Assembly: GCA_038751365.1 (NCBI GenBank)
Contig: JBCDGH010000001.1
Coordinates: 2,851-66,850, forward strand
DNA length: 64,000 nucleotides
DNA from: Patescibacteria group bacterium
GTDB lineage: Bacteria; Patescibacteriota; JACMRA01
Reading direction: 5' to 3'
The position numbers were made by a program, and so were the translations under genes. The notes under the pieces were generated by a model. The model was not told where the DNA came from. It saw only the letters and a list, made by a program, of their open reading frames with translations, and ran no database searches. Each line of letters opens with the position of its first letter. Positions within the stretch are counted from its first letter, which is position 1. Of the stretch, positions 1 through 9,427 are shown one piece after another.

Positions 1-749
1 GCCTAAATCAGTGGATTGTTTCTAAGATTTTTTAAAAGTAATTTGTAAATATTATCTTGTCTATGATTAAACCTAAATTCAGTTTCTTTTAAAAAGATTG
101 GGAAATTAGACTCAGTCATACCATTAAATTTTGCTAGTCTCCGTTTTGCATAAGCCCAAAATGATTCAATGCCATTTACGTGATTCTTACCTCTAGCAAA
201 TTCATTGTGAGAATGAAATATTCGATAATGCTCATATCCATTCAATACTAGTCCATCATATGCTTTCCAGCCATCTGTATACACTTTAGAATCTTCTAAT
301 ACTTTTCCTTGAATAATAGGGAGTAATTCCTCTCTAGAACAGTGTTTAACAATTTGAGTATACACACCACCATTACGTTTTAACAGTCCAAACACTGGTG
401 TTTTACCAGCTGCTCCTCTTCCTCTTTTTCCTCTAACTCTTTTAGCTCCAAATATGATTCGTCTAATTCAACTTCACCACCAATATAGTCCTTACTTTCA
501 ATGATTGATATATTTGCTAATCTTTTTCTTAATAGAGTAAATATTCTTTCTGCCGTATTGATATGTACTCCTATGATATAGGCACATCTAGACGCAGTAT
601 TATCTGCAGAATAACACTTGAGAAGTAGTCTAAATTTAGCTTCAGAAAGTTTAGAACTTTTTATGTACTTGTTTTTCATGTCTTAATAAGGTTTATATAC
701 CATATTAAGTTATTGTTCTAGGGGAGAGCCATAATTAAAACAAAATAGA
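1..749 (-). mobile_element. IS1595-family (ISXO2-like) insertion sequence; the end downstream of the transposase stop codon runs off the left window edge
   Basis: Holds the two transposase ORF pieces (380..679 and 3..395). The neighbouring CMD-family frame only opens at 750, so the IS boundary is at or before about 749. Inverted repeats were not identified because the other end is outside the window. Confidence 0.55.
3..679 (-). pseudogene. IS1595-family DDE transposase interrupted by a 1-nt frameshift
   Basis: The N piece reads ...GGEVELDESY and then leaves the frame. Adding one A to the A3 run at 450-452 (+ strand) restores SYFGAKRVRGKRGRGAAGKTPVFGLLKRNGGVYTQIV, continuous with the C piece (DGWKAYDGL, HSHNEFARG, NGIESFW). 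Confidence 0.75.
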
Positions 750-1082
750 CCAGATGAGTACGAGAATGTTATCAACGGCTTAGCTAAACTTTCTCCTGAG
801 TTAGGTGATTTTCTGTTGGAGTTTGTGTATGGGTCTGTCTGGTCAAGATCGTATACTGAGAGCCCAACTATTGATGTTAAAACTAGAGCTCTGGTGACCA
901 TTTCCTGTTTAGCTTCTACGTCAATGATGCCTCAACTGAAGTCTCATATTGGAGGAGCTTTGAAAGTCGGGGTAAAGAAAGAAGAAATCATCGAGTCTTT
1001 GGTACATTTATCTGTTTATGCCGGCTTTCCTAAAGCAATCAATGCCCTGAAAGTAGCTCAGGAAGTGTTTAAAGATTTTTAG
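750..1082 (+). pseudogene. 5'-truncated carboxymuconolactone decarboxylase (AhpD-like/CMD) family gene
   Basis: The frame is open only from 750 (TAG at 747-749). It reads PDEYENVINGLAKLSPELGDFLLEFVYGSVWSRS...VHLSVYAGFPKAINALKVAQEVF. This is only the C-terminal part of a CMD domain, there is no ATG, and it abuts the IS. Confidence 0.6.
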
Positions 1083-1342
1083 TAAGTCGGTTATAGGATA
1101 TTATAGGCAGTTCTGAGATATAATATAAACCTATATCCATGCACTTTTTTAGTTTGTTTACCATCTCTTAGTAGCTAAAATTACTCTAATTCTATGGTTA
1201 CTTATTTTGAGTATAATGTGATATTGTAAATACCAACTTTGTCTAATTACTCTACATATAGAGGTTCAACGTTAGTTTTACTAATATAGTTTGTTAAGTT
1301 ATACTATCTCTCAATCAAAAAACAAAAACTAAAAAAATATAC

Positions 1343-1939
1343 ATGTTCGCACAAGCAAATAAACCAAAAAACAAATATGAAAGAGTCATGCCAGTACCGT
1401 CGGTTGGAGAGATAAATAGAAAAGAAGCTTCTCTAACCGAAATTTTAGATAAAATAGAGATGGTGGAAAAGCATATGTCTAAATATGCACATGACAAGTT
1501 GTTATCACAATCTCAGGAGTATAAAAATCAAAAAACTGATGTGGTAAAGATACTAAACCCAAATGCGTTTATATTTGAGGTGTTCAAGTATATAGATAAA
1601 TATGGATATACTTTTGACCTGTGGAAGTTTGATATTAAAAAAATGAGAAACATTGATCTTGCTGGTGCTGGTGATTTTACTATTGGTAAATTAGGCAATG
1701 CTTTATCAGAAAAGCTAAAAACTTACTCTGAACAAGATATTAATATTCAAATTAGTAGATATCGCGGAGATGAGTTTATGGTATTAATACCAGAAAAAAA
1801 TAGTGCTGGAGAAATAATCGATAAGCAAGAGATTATTAATGATTTCACAGCAGAAATTCAAAAAATAAGTGCAGAGTCTTATGATATAAGAAAGAGAAGT
1901 TGTAGAAAAAAACTTAGATATCCATTCCTACACTTATGA
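1343..1939 (+). CDS. GGDEF-like (diguanylate-cyclase fold) domain protein with variant RGDEF motif, lacking the C-terminal part of the fold
   Basis: FDIKKMRNIDLAGAGDFTIGKL...ISRYRGDEFMVLIPEKN matches the DxD-FK-xND-GH-GD ... RYGGDEF-hhhP layout. RGDEF lies at 1763-1777. Confidence 0.6.
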   Translation: MFAQANKPKNKYERVMPVPSVGEINRKEASLTEILDKIEMVEKHMSKYAHDKLLSQSQEYKNQKTDVVKILNPNAFIFEVFKYIDKYGYTFDLWKFDIKKMRNIDLAGAGDFTIGKLGNALSEKLKTYSEQDINIQISRYRGDEFMVLIPEKNSAGEIIDKQEIINDFTAEIQKISAESYDIRKRSCRKKLRYPFLHL

Positions 1940-1979
1940 GCTAGATGATGAAGAAAAGTTTAATAATTTAATTTATAAA

Positions 1980-3065
1980 ATGTTAACCAAAAAAACTATT
2001 TCCGACCCAGATGAGTTAACATCAGTCAAAGATGAGGTAAGAAATTCTACTGTACATGATACATTTAACGAAGGGTTTTCAAAAACACTAGAAGATAACA
2101 AAATCAAGGAAAAATTTCAAAAAATGATTAGAACAGACCCTTCGCTTGGTAAAATATTAATACCAGCAGCTAGCCTAGGAAAAAAATTTATAAGCGATGC
2201 AATTACAGCTCTGGATTTCTTAAATTCTAGTCCTTTTGTTGAGGGCGAAACTTTGTATCAAATGGGTAATATTTATGAAAAAATAGACAAGAAAAACATA
2301 CTAGCGTGTGTATCAGTTGATTTTTTATTTTTAAAATATGTTAATGGTTACAGCAATACTGAAGGTGATAGATTTATTGAGTCAATCTGGAAACTAATAA
2401 CGAACAAACTAAAAGAACCAAAATATAAATCTTTAGCTGAAAGAATTCTTTTTCATACTGATAGGTATAAACCTATTTTAAGTTTAAAAAAAAGTTTATC
2501 TTTAGGTCTTGGCTCACAAAATGAAAGGCTTTTTAATGATTTGGTTAAAGAGTTAAATGCATATGCAATGCACGATTTTGAAATCATGAATGAAGACGAA
2601 AGGATAAAAATAACTGCTCCATATGGAATTTCAAATGTAGAATCTGTGGATGCACTATCTAATAAGCCTGAAATTGAGAAAAATAGCTTTTTTAAGGATC
2701 AAGCTAATGATGCTTCTGATAATGTAAAGTATAATTTACTTCAGTCTGAAATTTTTGTTGAAACTATTATTAAAATACTATCTAACCCAGAAGAATATAA
2801 TGAAAATAAAATGGCGGATAGTAATGACAAACTATTATTTGCAATATCTGATTATTTTTTAAATTCAGCGACTAGAGGAGATGAACATTGCTCAGAAATG
2901 CTTGAATATTTATATAAAGTCCAAACTAACGAGAATTCTAATCATAATAATCTCCCCTCAGAATCAATAGCCATTGGTAAATTATTGTTTCAATATCTAG
3001 ACGCTAAAGATCTCTTAAATAAAGATCAAATAAATAAATACAAAGAATCATTTGATACTATTTAA
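1980..3065 (+). CDS. Hypothetical protein with a degenerate second GGDEF-like domain; possibly the 3' part of one gene with 1343..1939
   Basis: VSVDFLFLKYVNGYSNTEGDRFIESIWKLI resembles the first half of a GGDEF domain, and FHTDRYKPIL sits where GGDEF would be. Its frame is already open from 1890. Confidence 0.5.
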   Translation: MLTKKTISDPDELTSVKDEVRNSTVHDTFNEGFSKTLEDNKIKEKFQKMIRTDPSLGKILIPAASLGKKFISDAITALDFLNSSPFVEGETLYQMGNIYEKIDKKNILACVSVDFLFLKYVNGYSNTEGDRFIESIWKLITNKLKEPKYKSLAERILFHTDRYKPILSLKKSLSLGLGSQNERLFNDLVKELNAYAMHDFEIMNEDERIKITAPYGISNVESVDALSNKPEIEKNSFFKDQANDASDNVKYNLLQSEIFVETIIKILSNPEEYNENKMADSNDKLLFAISDYFLNSATRGDEHCSEMLEYLYKVQTNENSNHNNLPSESIAIGKLLFQYLDAKDLLNKDQINKYKESFDTI

Positions 3066-3094
3066 TGTCAGGAATAAAGTAACTTATTTTAGAC

Positions 3095-3781
3095 TTAAAT
3101 ATAATACAGTCCTATCTCCTGATCTAGAATAACCTGACCTTTTTGTACTGTTACCACACGTTTTTTTAGTTTATCCACTACTTCTTGTTCGTGAGTAGCT
3201 AGTATTACAGTAGTTCCTGAATTATTTATTTTCAGTAGTAAAGTTATAATATCGTAGGTATTCGCTTTGTCTAGCTGACCAGTAGGCTCGTCAGCAATAA
3301 GTAGGATAGGGTTGTGCGATAGAGCCCGCGCGATAGAAACTCTTTGTTTTTCTCCTCCACTTAGTTCTTTAGGGTAGTTCTTGGCTTTTTCAGGAATACC
3401 AACTAATTCTAAAAGTCTAGGTACATCTCTTGATATCTCCTTCTTACTTGCCCCAGCCACCTCCATGGCAAGACTTACGTTTTCAAAAACTGTGCGGCTA
3501 GGTAATAGCTTATAGTCCTGGAAAATATAGCCAATTCTACGTCTTAAGTAGGGTAAAAACTCAGGTTTAATTTTATCAACGCGGATGTCTTCGATCCAGA
3601 CCTCACCCTCATTATCCGGCCTCTCTTCTCCAGTTAACATTTTTAGAAGGGTTGATTTACCCGCACCAGAATGTCCGATAATAGACACAAATTCACCAGC
3701 TTCAATAGTAAGGTTAATAGATTCAAGTGATGATTGTTGCTTGTTAGAGTACTTTTTACTTACATTAACTAGGCGTATCAT
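3095..3781 (-). CDS. ftsE: Cell-division ABC ATPase FtsE
   Basis: MIRLVNVSKKY..GHSGAGKSTLLK..LRRRIGYIFQD..LSGGEKQRVSIARAL..LIADEPTGQLD is collinear with E. coli FtsE. Start moved to the ATG at 3781. Confidence 0.85.
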   Translation of the reverse strand: MIRLVNVSKKYSNKQQSSLESINLTIEAGEFVSIIGHSGAGKSTLLKMLTGEERPDNEGEVWIEDIRVDKIKPEFLPYLRRRIGYIFQDYKLLPSRTVFENVSLAMEVAGASKKEISRDVPRLLELVGIPEKAKNYPKELSGGEKQRVSIARALSHNPILLIADEPTGQLDKANTYDIITLLLKINNSGTTVILATHEQEVVDKLKKRVVTVQKGQVILDQEIGLYYI

Positions 3782-3895
3782 AATCGTTGTGATGTTAAAG
3801 TACAATACTATGGTTGTCAACGAACTTTAAGTAGTCTATAATTGACAAAGTATCAGTACATTAGTTACAACTCAAAATATTAAACAAAAAAATTT

Positions 3896-4150
3896 ATGAA
3901 TCTACTAAAATTTTATAGAAATGGTCTGAAAAATCCAAATACTAGATGGGCTTTTATTCTTTTTACTTTTCTATACTTATTGAGTCCGATAGATTTGATA
4001 TTTGATTTTATTCCTTTTTTCGGTCAGATTGATGATATTGCTTTGATATTTGTTTTCATTACTGAAATGTTTAAGATTTTAGTGCTTCGAAAGCCTAAGA
4101 AAGAACGCAAAAAGAGCTTTGTTGATGTAGCATATAAATCTAAAAGCTAG
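3896..4150 (+). CDS. DUF1232 (YkvA-like) small membrane protein
   Basis: LLSPIDLIFDFIPFFGQIDDIALI motif plus hydrophobic helices. Confidence 0.6.
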   Translation: MNLLKFYRNGLKNPNTRWAFILFTFLYLLSPIDLIFDFIPFFGQIDDIALIFVFITEMFKILVLRKPKKERKKSFVDVAYKSKS

Positions 4151-4173
4151 ACTTCTTATACCAAAATACATGT

Positions 4174-5331
4174 TTACTGGTGGTGTGAGTGCCTATGATG
4201 CTTTGATTTGGGTAAGTATTTTAAGAAAGCCGGAGGATACTTTATGAAGTAAGCACCTAGGAAAGTAGATATTGGTACGGCAATAATTAAAGTAATACTA
4301 CCAATCAAGGTTCTTACTATCTCCTCAGCAATATACTCACTATTGGCAATAACCCATATAGGTTGGTTTTGAGTTATACTGAAGGTTAGTAGCAGAGGTA
4401 ATGATACTCCAGCATAAGCTAAGGCTAAGGTATTTATAAGTGAGGCAATATGATCCTTACCTACGTTCATACCTCTTTTTATGAGACTCCACAAGTTGAT
4501 TGAGTTGTCTACATCGTGGATTTCCTCAACAATGGACACTTGTGAGATTGTAATATCATCCAGAATACCTAAAGTTCCTACAATTATCCCTGCAAGTAAC
4601 AGTCCAGTAACGTCAATAGTTCCGGACTCGTTGGCTTGTAAGTAGAAGGCTTCTTCAGTACCCAGACCGAATAGATAAGTTATATCCACCGCCCACACCG
4701 ATAACATAATAGCTATGGAAATAGTTAAGAAAGTTGCGATTAAAGAAACGGTAGTCTTTCGATTGAATCCATGCGCAAGGTACATAGAAGCAAAGGCTAT
4801 AGCTACGGAGCCTGTTAGACCTATTACAATAGGATTCTGACCTATTTGTAAATTGGGAATCAAATACCTAAGTAGTATCAAAATACTAATAATTAAGCCT
4901 AAAATTGAATTTATACCTTTCCAACCTGATACAGCTACAGTCACCAAAATCGTTAAAATAACTATCAAGTATATTGAGTCTAATCTATACTTATCTACTA
5001 CAAAATAACTTAGCTCATCTTGGAAGCTAGTTTCCATAACTATAACTCTATCTCCCTCTGCAATTTTCTGACCTTCTTGTATTCTGCCTACTTTTTCAAA
5101 GTTAACTTCTTTAAATTGCCCTTTTGAGGGTCCTTCAGTTAGCTCTACTTCTAGCGTTGCTCGATAATTTGTTTCGTCACTAATATCTACGGAAATAACT
5201 TTCCTAACATAGCCTTTATAATACTGGTTTACGTTGGGTGGAGTATTATCTTGAGCTTTAGTTTGAATACCTGTGAGTAAAATTAGCCCGAAGGTGGCGA
5301 TCAGAACAATTTTAAAAATTAGGTTTTTCAT
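4174..5331 (-). CDS. YibE/F-family multi-pass membrane protein with His-rich C-terminus
   Basis: N-terminal signal/anchor, soluble beta-rich domain, then six or more TM helices. GILDDITISQVS motif; tail KSKHHRHSHHQ. Confidence 0.6.
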   Translation of the reverse strand: MKNLIFKIVLIATFGLILLTGIQTKAQDNTPPNVNQYYKGYVRKVISVDISDETNYRATLEVELTEGPSKGQFKEVNFEKVGRIQEGQKIAEGDRVIVMETSFQDELSYFVVDKYRLDSIYLIVILTILVTVAVSGWKGINSILGLIISILILLRYLIPNLQIGQNPIVIGLTGSVAIAFASMYLAHGFNRKTTVSLIATFLTISIAIMLSVWAVDITYLFGLGTEEAFYLQANESGTIDVTGLLLAGIIVGTLGILDDITISQVSIVEEIHDVDNSINLWSLIKRGMNVGKDHIASLINTLALAYAGVSLPLLLTFSITQNQPIWVIANSEYIAEEIVRTLIGSITLIIAVPISTFLGAYFIKYPPAFLKYLPKSKHHRHSHHQ

Positions 5332-5335
5332 AAGA

Positions 5336-6226
5336 TTAGATTTTGCGAGTGTGAAGTTTGAGTAGGTTATAAAATAAATACAACACAGTTAATTTTCCTA
5401 TTCCATTAGGGCTTGGGCACAGCATTATGTCTTCTCTCATATTTGTGTAATCTACATCTCCAACCAAACTCCCATTTTCTTCACTAGTTGAAGCGTCGAT
5501 AATTATACTTTTACTCTTGATCCATTCCTTATTTACTAAATTCGGTTTACCGGCAGCTGAAACTACAACATCTCCTAATTTACAAAGCTCTTGAGGGTTA
5601 CTAGTAAATTTGTTCAGAGATATGATGCTGGCAGATCGAGATTCTAGGTATCCCAATAAAGGGCTTCCAACTAATTTCCCTTGACCAATGACCGCTACTA
5701 CTTTGCCTTGCAAATTAAGCTTTTGGCTGAGTTTATCTTCTAAATTATTGTTCACGTCAAACATATCTTTGAGGACTAAGTCAATGGCTCCAACGGTAGG
5801 ACTCAAAAATCCCTGTCGCCATAATTCATACTTGCCCTGACCTAATAGATCTATGTCCTTGTAGGTGGGAATTTGTGATACTAATTGCTCTAGGTAGGTA
5901 GGTATTGGAAGTTGAAAAATCAGACCATCGTGTGGTTTAGACTTCTCATCCCGTTGCGTCAAAATTTTGGACTTATCAACACCGTCTTGATAAAGAAACT
6001 TATTGACCTTAATGCCTAGCTTACTACCTAGTTTCTGTTTGATACCTACATATTTTGTGGAAGCAAAATCGTTTCCGACTTGTACTACATCAAGTTCTAG
6101 CTGTTTGTCTAGAGCCTTTAAGTTATTGTTTAAGTAGGTTTCGAACTGCTGTATTATTGGTTTGCTATTGTATAGCACAAACAAACTTAGACGCATTTTT
6201 TTTAATAAGTCAATTGCCTCTGGCAA
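5336..6226 (-). CDS. folD: Bifunctional methylene-THF dehydrogenase/methenyl-THF cyclohydrolase (FolD-like)
   Basis: VQVGNDFASTKYVGIKQK, GLIFQLPIP, SPTVGAIDLVLK, GKVVAVIGQGKLVGSPL, VVSAAGKP, VGDVDY and SPNGIGKLTV are in FolD order. Confidence 0.75.
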   Translation of the reverse strand: MPEAIDLLKKMRLSLFVLYNSKPIIQQFETYLNNNLKALDKQLELDVVQVGNDFASTKYVGIKQKLGSKLGIKVNKFLYQDGVDKSKILTQRDEKSKPHDGLIFQLPIPTYLEQLVSQIPTYKDIDLLGQGKYELWRQGFLSPTVGAIDLVLKDMFDVNNNLEDKLSQKLNLQGKVVAVIGQGKLVGSPLLGYLESRSASIISLNKFTSNPQELCKLGDVVVSAAGKPNLVNKEWIKSKSIIIDASTSEENGSLVGDVDYTNMREDIMLCPSPNGIGKLTVLYLFYNLLKLHTRKI

Positions 6227-6297
6227 TGCTATTTGAAAGCTAAAATGATACTTATAAGTTTCTTGACAGCTATGATCGTTCGCATATTTCTTTCAAA

Positions 6298-7488
6298 ATG
6301 ATTAAACAAATTTGCTTGTTTGCTCCAATATTACTTTGTACTATTACGTTGGTATTGTCCGGGTGGCAGAGCGTAGAAGTAAGTGCAAGTCAAAATGAGG
6401 AGGTGTATATTAGCGAAATAAATTACGCCGGTAGTCAGAATTCCCAAAATTGCAAAAAAATACCAAAAGCTAGGATAACTTGTGCAAACGATAAATGGAT
6501 TGAACTTTATAATAAATCTTCTAAACCAGTTAATCTTAATGGTTGGGTAATCCACATTGGGAGAAAGCGAGCTGACCCTGAGCAATATGCCTCAACTATT
6601 AAAATAGATCAAGATCTACTTCTAAAACCTAATTCAGCTACTGTTATTCTTAACAGTAATAAGAATTTGGTTTCTACTTTAGAGTTGGCAGGTGAGCTGG
6701 AGTATCATCGCTTGGGTTCCTTATTTGGTATTAGTAGCAATCAAGCTGGTAGTAAGTATATTAGGGTAGCTTTATCTAAAAATGGTAGCTTTATCTCAAA
6801 GATAGACATAGATAATTTAGAATTGTTAGAAAATAAGTCAGGAATTATTCAATCAAATAAAAGCAGATTCTCCATTAACTTTACATCTGGTGAGCCAGCT
6901 TTTACCAGTACCCAAAACGCATATTTTATAAACAACTATGCTACTCCTGGCACAGTAATCATACCCACAAATGAATCTGAAATAGTGAATAAGCAAATTG
7001 TAACTGCACCAAAAGTTGTTGAAAAACCTGCGCACTTGCCTAAACAAACAGTCGGAGCTGTCATAGCTGGTAAGGCAACATCAGTTCAAGCATCTACTCA
7101 GAAACAGGCACTAGTAAAAAGTCCAAAAGCTAGTTCTTCTATTCCTGTAAAGAACCCTGAACTATCCAAGCAAGTGTCTGAACCTGCTCAGCTTGATTTT
7201 ACAAGTCAAAAACTGAATATATTTAGAACTAGTCAGAACTATATCACAAAACAATTAGTAAGATCACATACAAATGTAAATGTAATTACACCAAACTATT
7301 CAATAAGTCGAATTGAGTTAGCGTCATCTAGTAGAAGATCAGGTTATCTTGAAGCTTTACAATGGCAAAGTATGTTTTTATTTCTTCCCCTTATGTTTTA
7401 CACGTATTTTAAGCATCTTAGAAACTGTCTTTCTACCTTAAATAGTCGGTTAGTATTGCTTGACAAGATCAGTCTGTTTACAAATTAA
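6298..7488 (+). CDS. Secreted lamin-tail-domain (LTD) protein
   Basis: Signal-like N-terminus; ISEINYAGS...DKWIELYNKSSKPVNLNGWVI is typical of LTD; low-complexity Ser/Pro/Lys linker; hydrophobic C-terminus. Confidence 0.6.
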   Translation: MIKQICLFAPILLCTITLVLSGWQSVEVSASQNEEVYISEINYAGSQNSQNCKKIPKARITCANDKWIELYNKSSKPVNLNGWVIHIGRKRADPEQYASTIKIDQDLLLKPNSATVILNSNKNLVSTLELAGELEYHRLGSLFGISSNQAGSKYIRVALSKNGSFISKIDIDNLELLENKSGIIQSNKSRFSINFTSGEPAFTSTQNAYFINNYATPGTVIIPTNESEIVNKQIVTAPKVVEKPAHLPKQTVGAVIAGKATSVQASTQKQALVKSPKASSSIPVKNPELSKQVSEPAQLDFTSQKLNIFRTSQNYITKQLVRSHTNVNVITPNYSISRIELASSSRRSGYLEALQWQSMFLFLPLMFYTYFKHLRNCLSTLNSRLVLLDKISLFTN

Positions 7489-7517
7489 TATTATTCAATA
7501 AGTTAGCTTAGTTCAAT

Positions 7518-7901
7518 ATGTTAAATAATCTCAAAAACGCAGGAAATCTCGTAAACAATGCTAATCAGGTGCGTCAACAACAAGCAAAGTTGCAGAAGTT
7601 GTTATCTGAAATCAGAGTTACAGGAACAAGTAAAAATGGTAGGGTAAAGGTAGTTATTACCGGTGAACAGAAAATTGTTGAGATTAACATTGATCCAGGT
7701 TTAATCACTTTTGTATACGAAAACTTCATTAAAGCAAGTAAGGACGACACAATGATGTCAAAGTCAATTATAGAGGCAGTGGATGACGCTATATCTAAAG
7801 TTCAAGGTGAAGTGGTTAAAAAAATGCAAGAGACAGGTAGTCTTGGTGATCTAATGTCTATGTTGCAGGTAGCTAGCGGATCTGATCAGAAAGCTGCTTA
7901 G
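7518..7901 (+). CDS. ybaB: YbaB/EbfC-family nucleoid-associated protein
   Basis: QQQAKLQKLLSEIRVTGTSKNGRVKVVITGEQKIVEINIDPGL pattern. Confidence 0.7.
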   Translation: MLNNLKNAGNLVNNANQVRQQQAKLQKLLSEIRVTGTSKNGRVKVVITGEQKIVEINIDPGLITFVYENFIKASKDDTMMSKSIIEAVDDAISKVQGEVVKKMQETGSLGDLMSMLQVASGSDQKAA

Positions 7902-7921
7902 ATAGTCTCATCGTTACAAGT

Positions 7922-8938
7922 TTATACGGACTGTGATTCCAAGACTTGAATTAAGGCAGGTGACTTTTCGACTTGGAATGCCCTGTAACTGCTTAGGAAT
8001 CTTTGTAGCATGCTAAATGCTACTTCTGAACCAGTTTTTTCTACGTCAGTGGTTTGTTCTAAAATACTGTCATCAGTTCCAGTTAGTAAAAAGTTATTTA
8101 CGTTAACAATTTTTCCATCTCTAATGTTTTGAAGATAGATGCTTCCAATATGCATCCCTTCTGGAGTAGTCTGAAAAATTAGGGTAATTATATCAATATT
8201 CTGAGGTTGAGGTAAAATAATTTTTTGGTCTGAGATTGTACTTTTTAGTATCTTTAGTCTATCTCTCCAGAGACTTGCTAAAGCAAAATTGGATAAGCTA
8301 ACAGCCTCACTTATCTTTGTTTGCAAAAACTCTTCTACTGAGTCGGTTTGACCGCTGAGTACTTTACTAATTTGAGCAATTTTGAGCTTGTAATCCTCCA
8401 TTGATTCTAGACCGATACAGATACCTTCACATTTTTTGATACTGACATAACTGCAAGGTCGTTTTCGGGGGTATCTCTCTTGGCAATATGGAAAGATAGT
8501 TCTCAAAGTCCTTAAAGTTTCGAAAATTCCGCTTTTCTTGGTGTAGGGTCCAAAATATTGACTGTTGGGATCAAACTTCTTTCTAACCAAAAAAATACCA
8601 GGAATTGCATCATTAGTTATTCTTACGTAGACATAGTTCTTATCGTCTTTTAATAGTATATTATACTTTGGCTGTAAATTGTGAATCAAATTTGCTTCTA
8701 GGATTAAGCTCTCGTCTTCTGATTGAACTACTGAGTACTCAATTCTGTCAATCTGGCTGATCATGAGAGTTAATCTCTCGTTATGAGGACGCCCGTCTTG
8801 AAAGTAGCTAGAAACTCGATTTTTCAAATTCTTGGCTTTACCAATATACAGTACTGAATCATCTTCAGCATAAAAGCGATAAACACCCGGTTTCTTAGGT
8901 AGGTTTTTTATAACTGACTTAAATTTATCATCAATCAT
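7922..8938 (-). CDS. UvrC-like GIY-YIG nuclease, N-terminal half only (Cho-like length)
   Basis: PKKPGVYRFY..VLYIGKAKNLKNRVSSYF..YNILLKDDKNYVYV (GIY-YIG), a Cys-rich segment and a UVR-like helix (LASLWRDRLKIL). It ends at 338 aa with no endonuclease or HhH part. Confidence 0.65.
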   Translation of the reverse strand: MIDDKFKSVIKNLPKKPGVYRFYAEDDSVLYIGKAKNLKNRVSSYFQDGRPHNERLTLMISQIDRIEYSVVQSEDESLILEANLIHNLQPKYNILLKDDKNYVYVRITNDAIPGIFLVRKKFDPNSQYFGPYTKKSGIFETLRTLRTIFPYCQERYPRKRPCSYVSIKKCEGICIGLESMEDYKLKIAQISKVLSGQTDSVEEFLQTKISEAVSLSNFALASLWRDRLKILKSTISDQKIILPQPQNIDIITLIFQTTPEGMHIGSIYLQNIRDGKIVNVNNFLLTGTDDSILEQTTDVEKTGSEVAFSMLQRFLSSYRAFQVEKSPALIQVLESQSV

Positions 8939-8996
8939 TGTCTATTAATTACAATTTATATACACTATCTTATCAAGCTAAGTTACTCCAAACGTA

Positions 8997-9386
8997 ATGT
9001 CATTAGAAAGTTTAGGAAAAGTAGGCGAAAAAATAGCTTTAGAACACTATTTAATGAATGGATACAAACTAGTAGCTAAGAATTTTCAATTTTATAGGCA
9101 GGGTAATCGCGGTAGACTGGGTGAAATTGATTTGATTATGACCAAAAAACAGGTCCTATATTTAATTGAAGTCAAAACACGTTCAAATAGCAAATTTGGT
9201 AGCCCTGTAGAACAAATCAGCAAAACGAAATTACAGCATTTATATAAAACTTATCAGTACTTTTTGCTAAAACACAAACTATATCAGAATTGGCTTTGTC
9301 AGTTTGATGTAGCTAGTGTGGAGGGTAACAAAGTTACTGTATTTCCTAACGCTTATAGCTTTGAAGGTTTAGATTATACTTGGTAG
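8997..9386 (+). CDS. yraN: YraN (UPF0102) family endonuclease-like protein
   Basis: GKVGEKIALEHYLMNGYKLVAKNF...GEIDLIM..LYLIEVKTR...SPVEQISKTKLQHL. Confidence 0.75.
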   Translation: MSLESLGKVGEKIALEHYLMNGYKLVAKNFQFYRQGNRGRLGEIDLIMTKKQVLYLIEVKTRSNSKFGSPVEQISKTKLQHLYKTYQYFLLKHKLYQNWLCQFDVASVEGNKVTVFPNAYSFEGLDYTW

Positions 9387-9427
9387 TAAAGGCTTAAAAA
9401 TTACTTTAGATGCATTTAAAGGTTGTA

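Noticed and set aside
710-901. 63-aa minus-strand ORF spanning the IS/CMD junction
   Set aside because: It overlaps the recognisable CMD-family frame on the other strand and crosses the presumed IS boundary, and it has no motif support.
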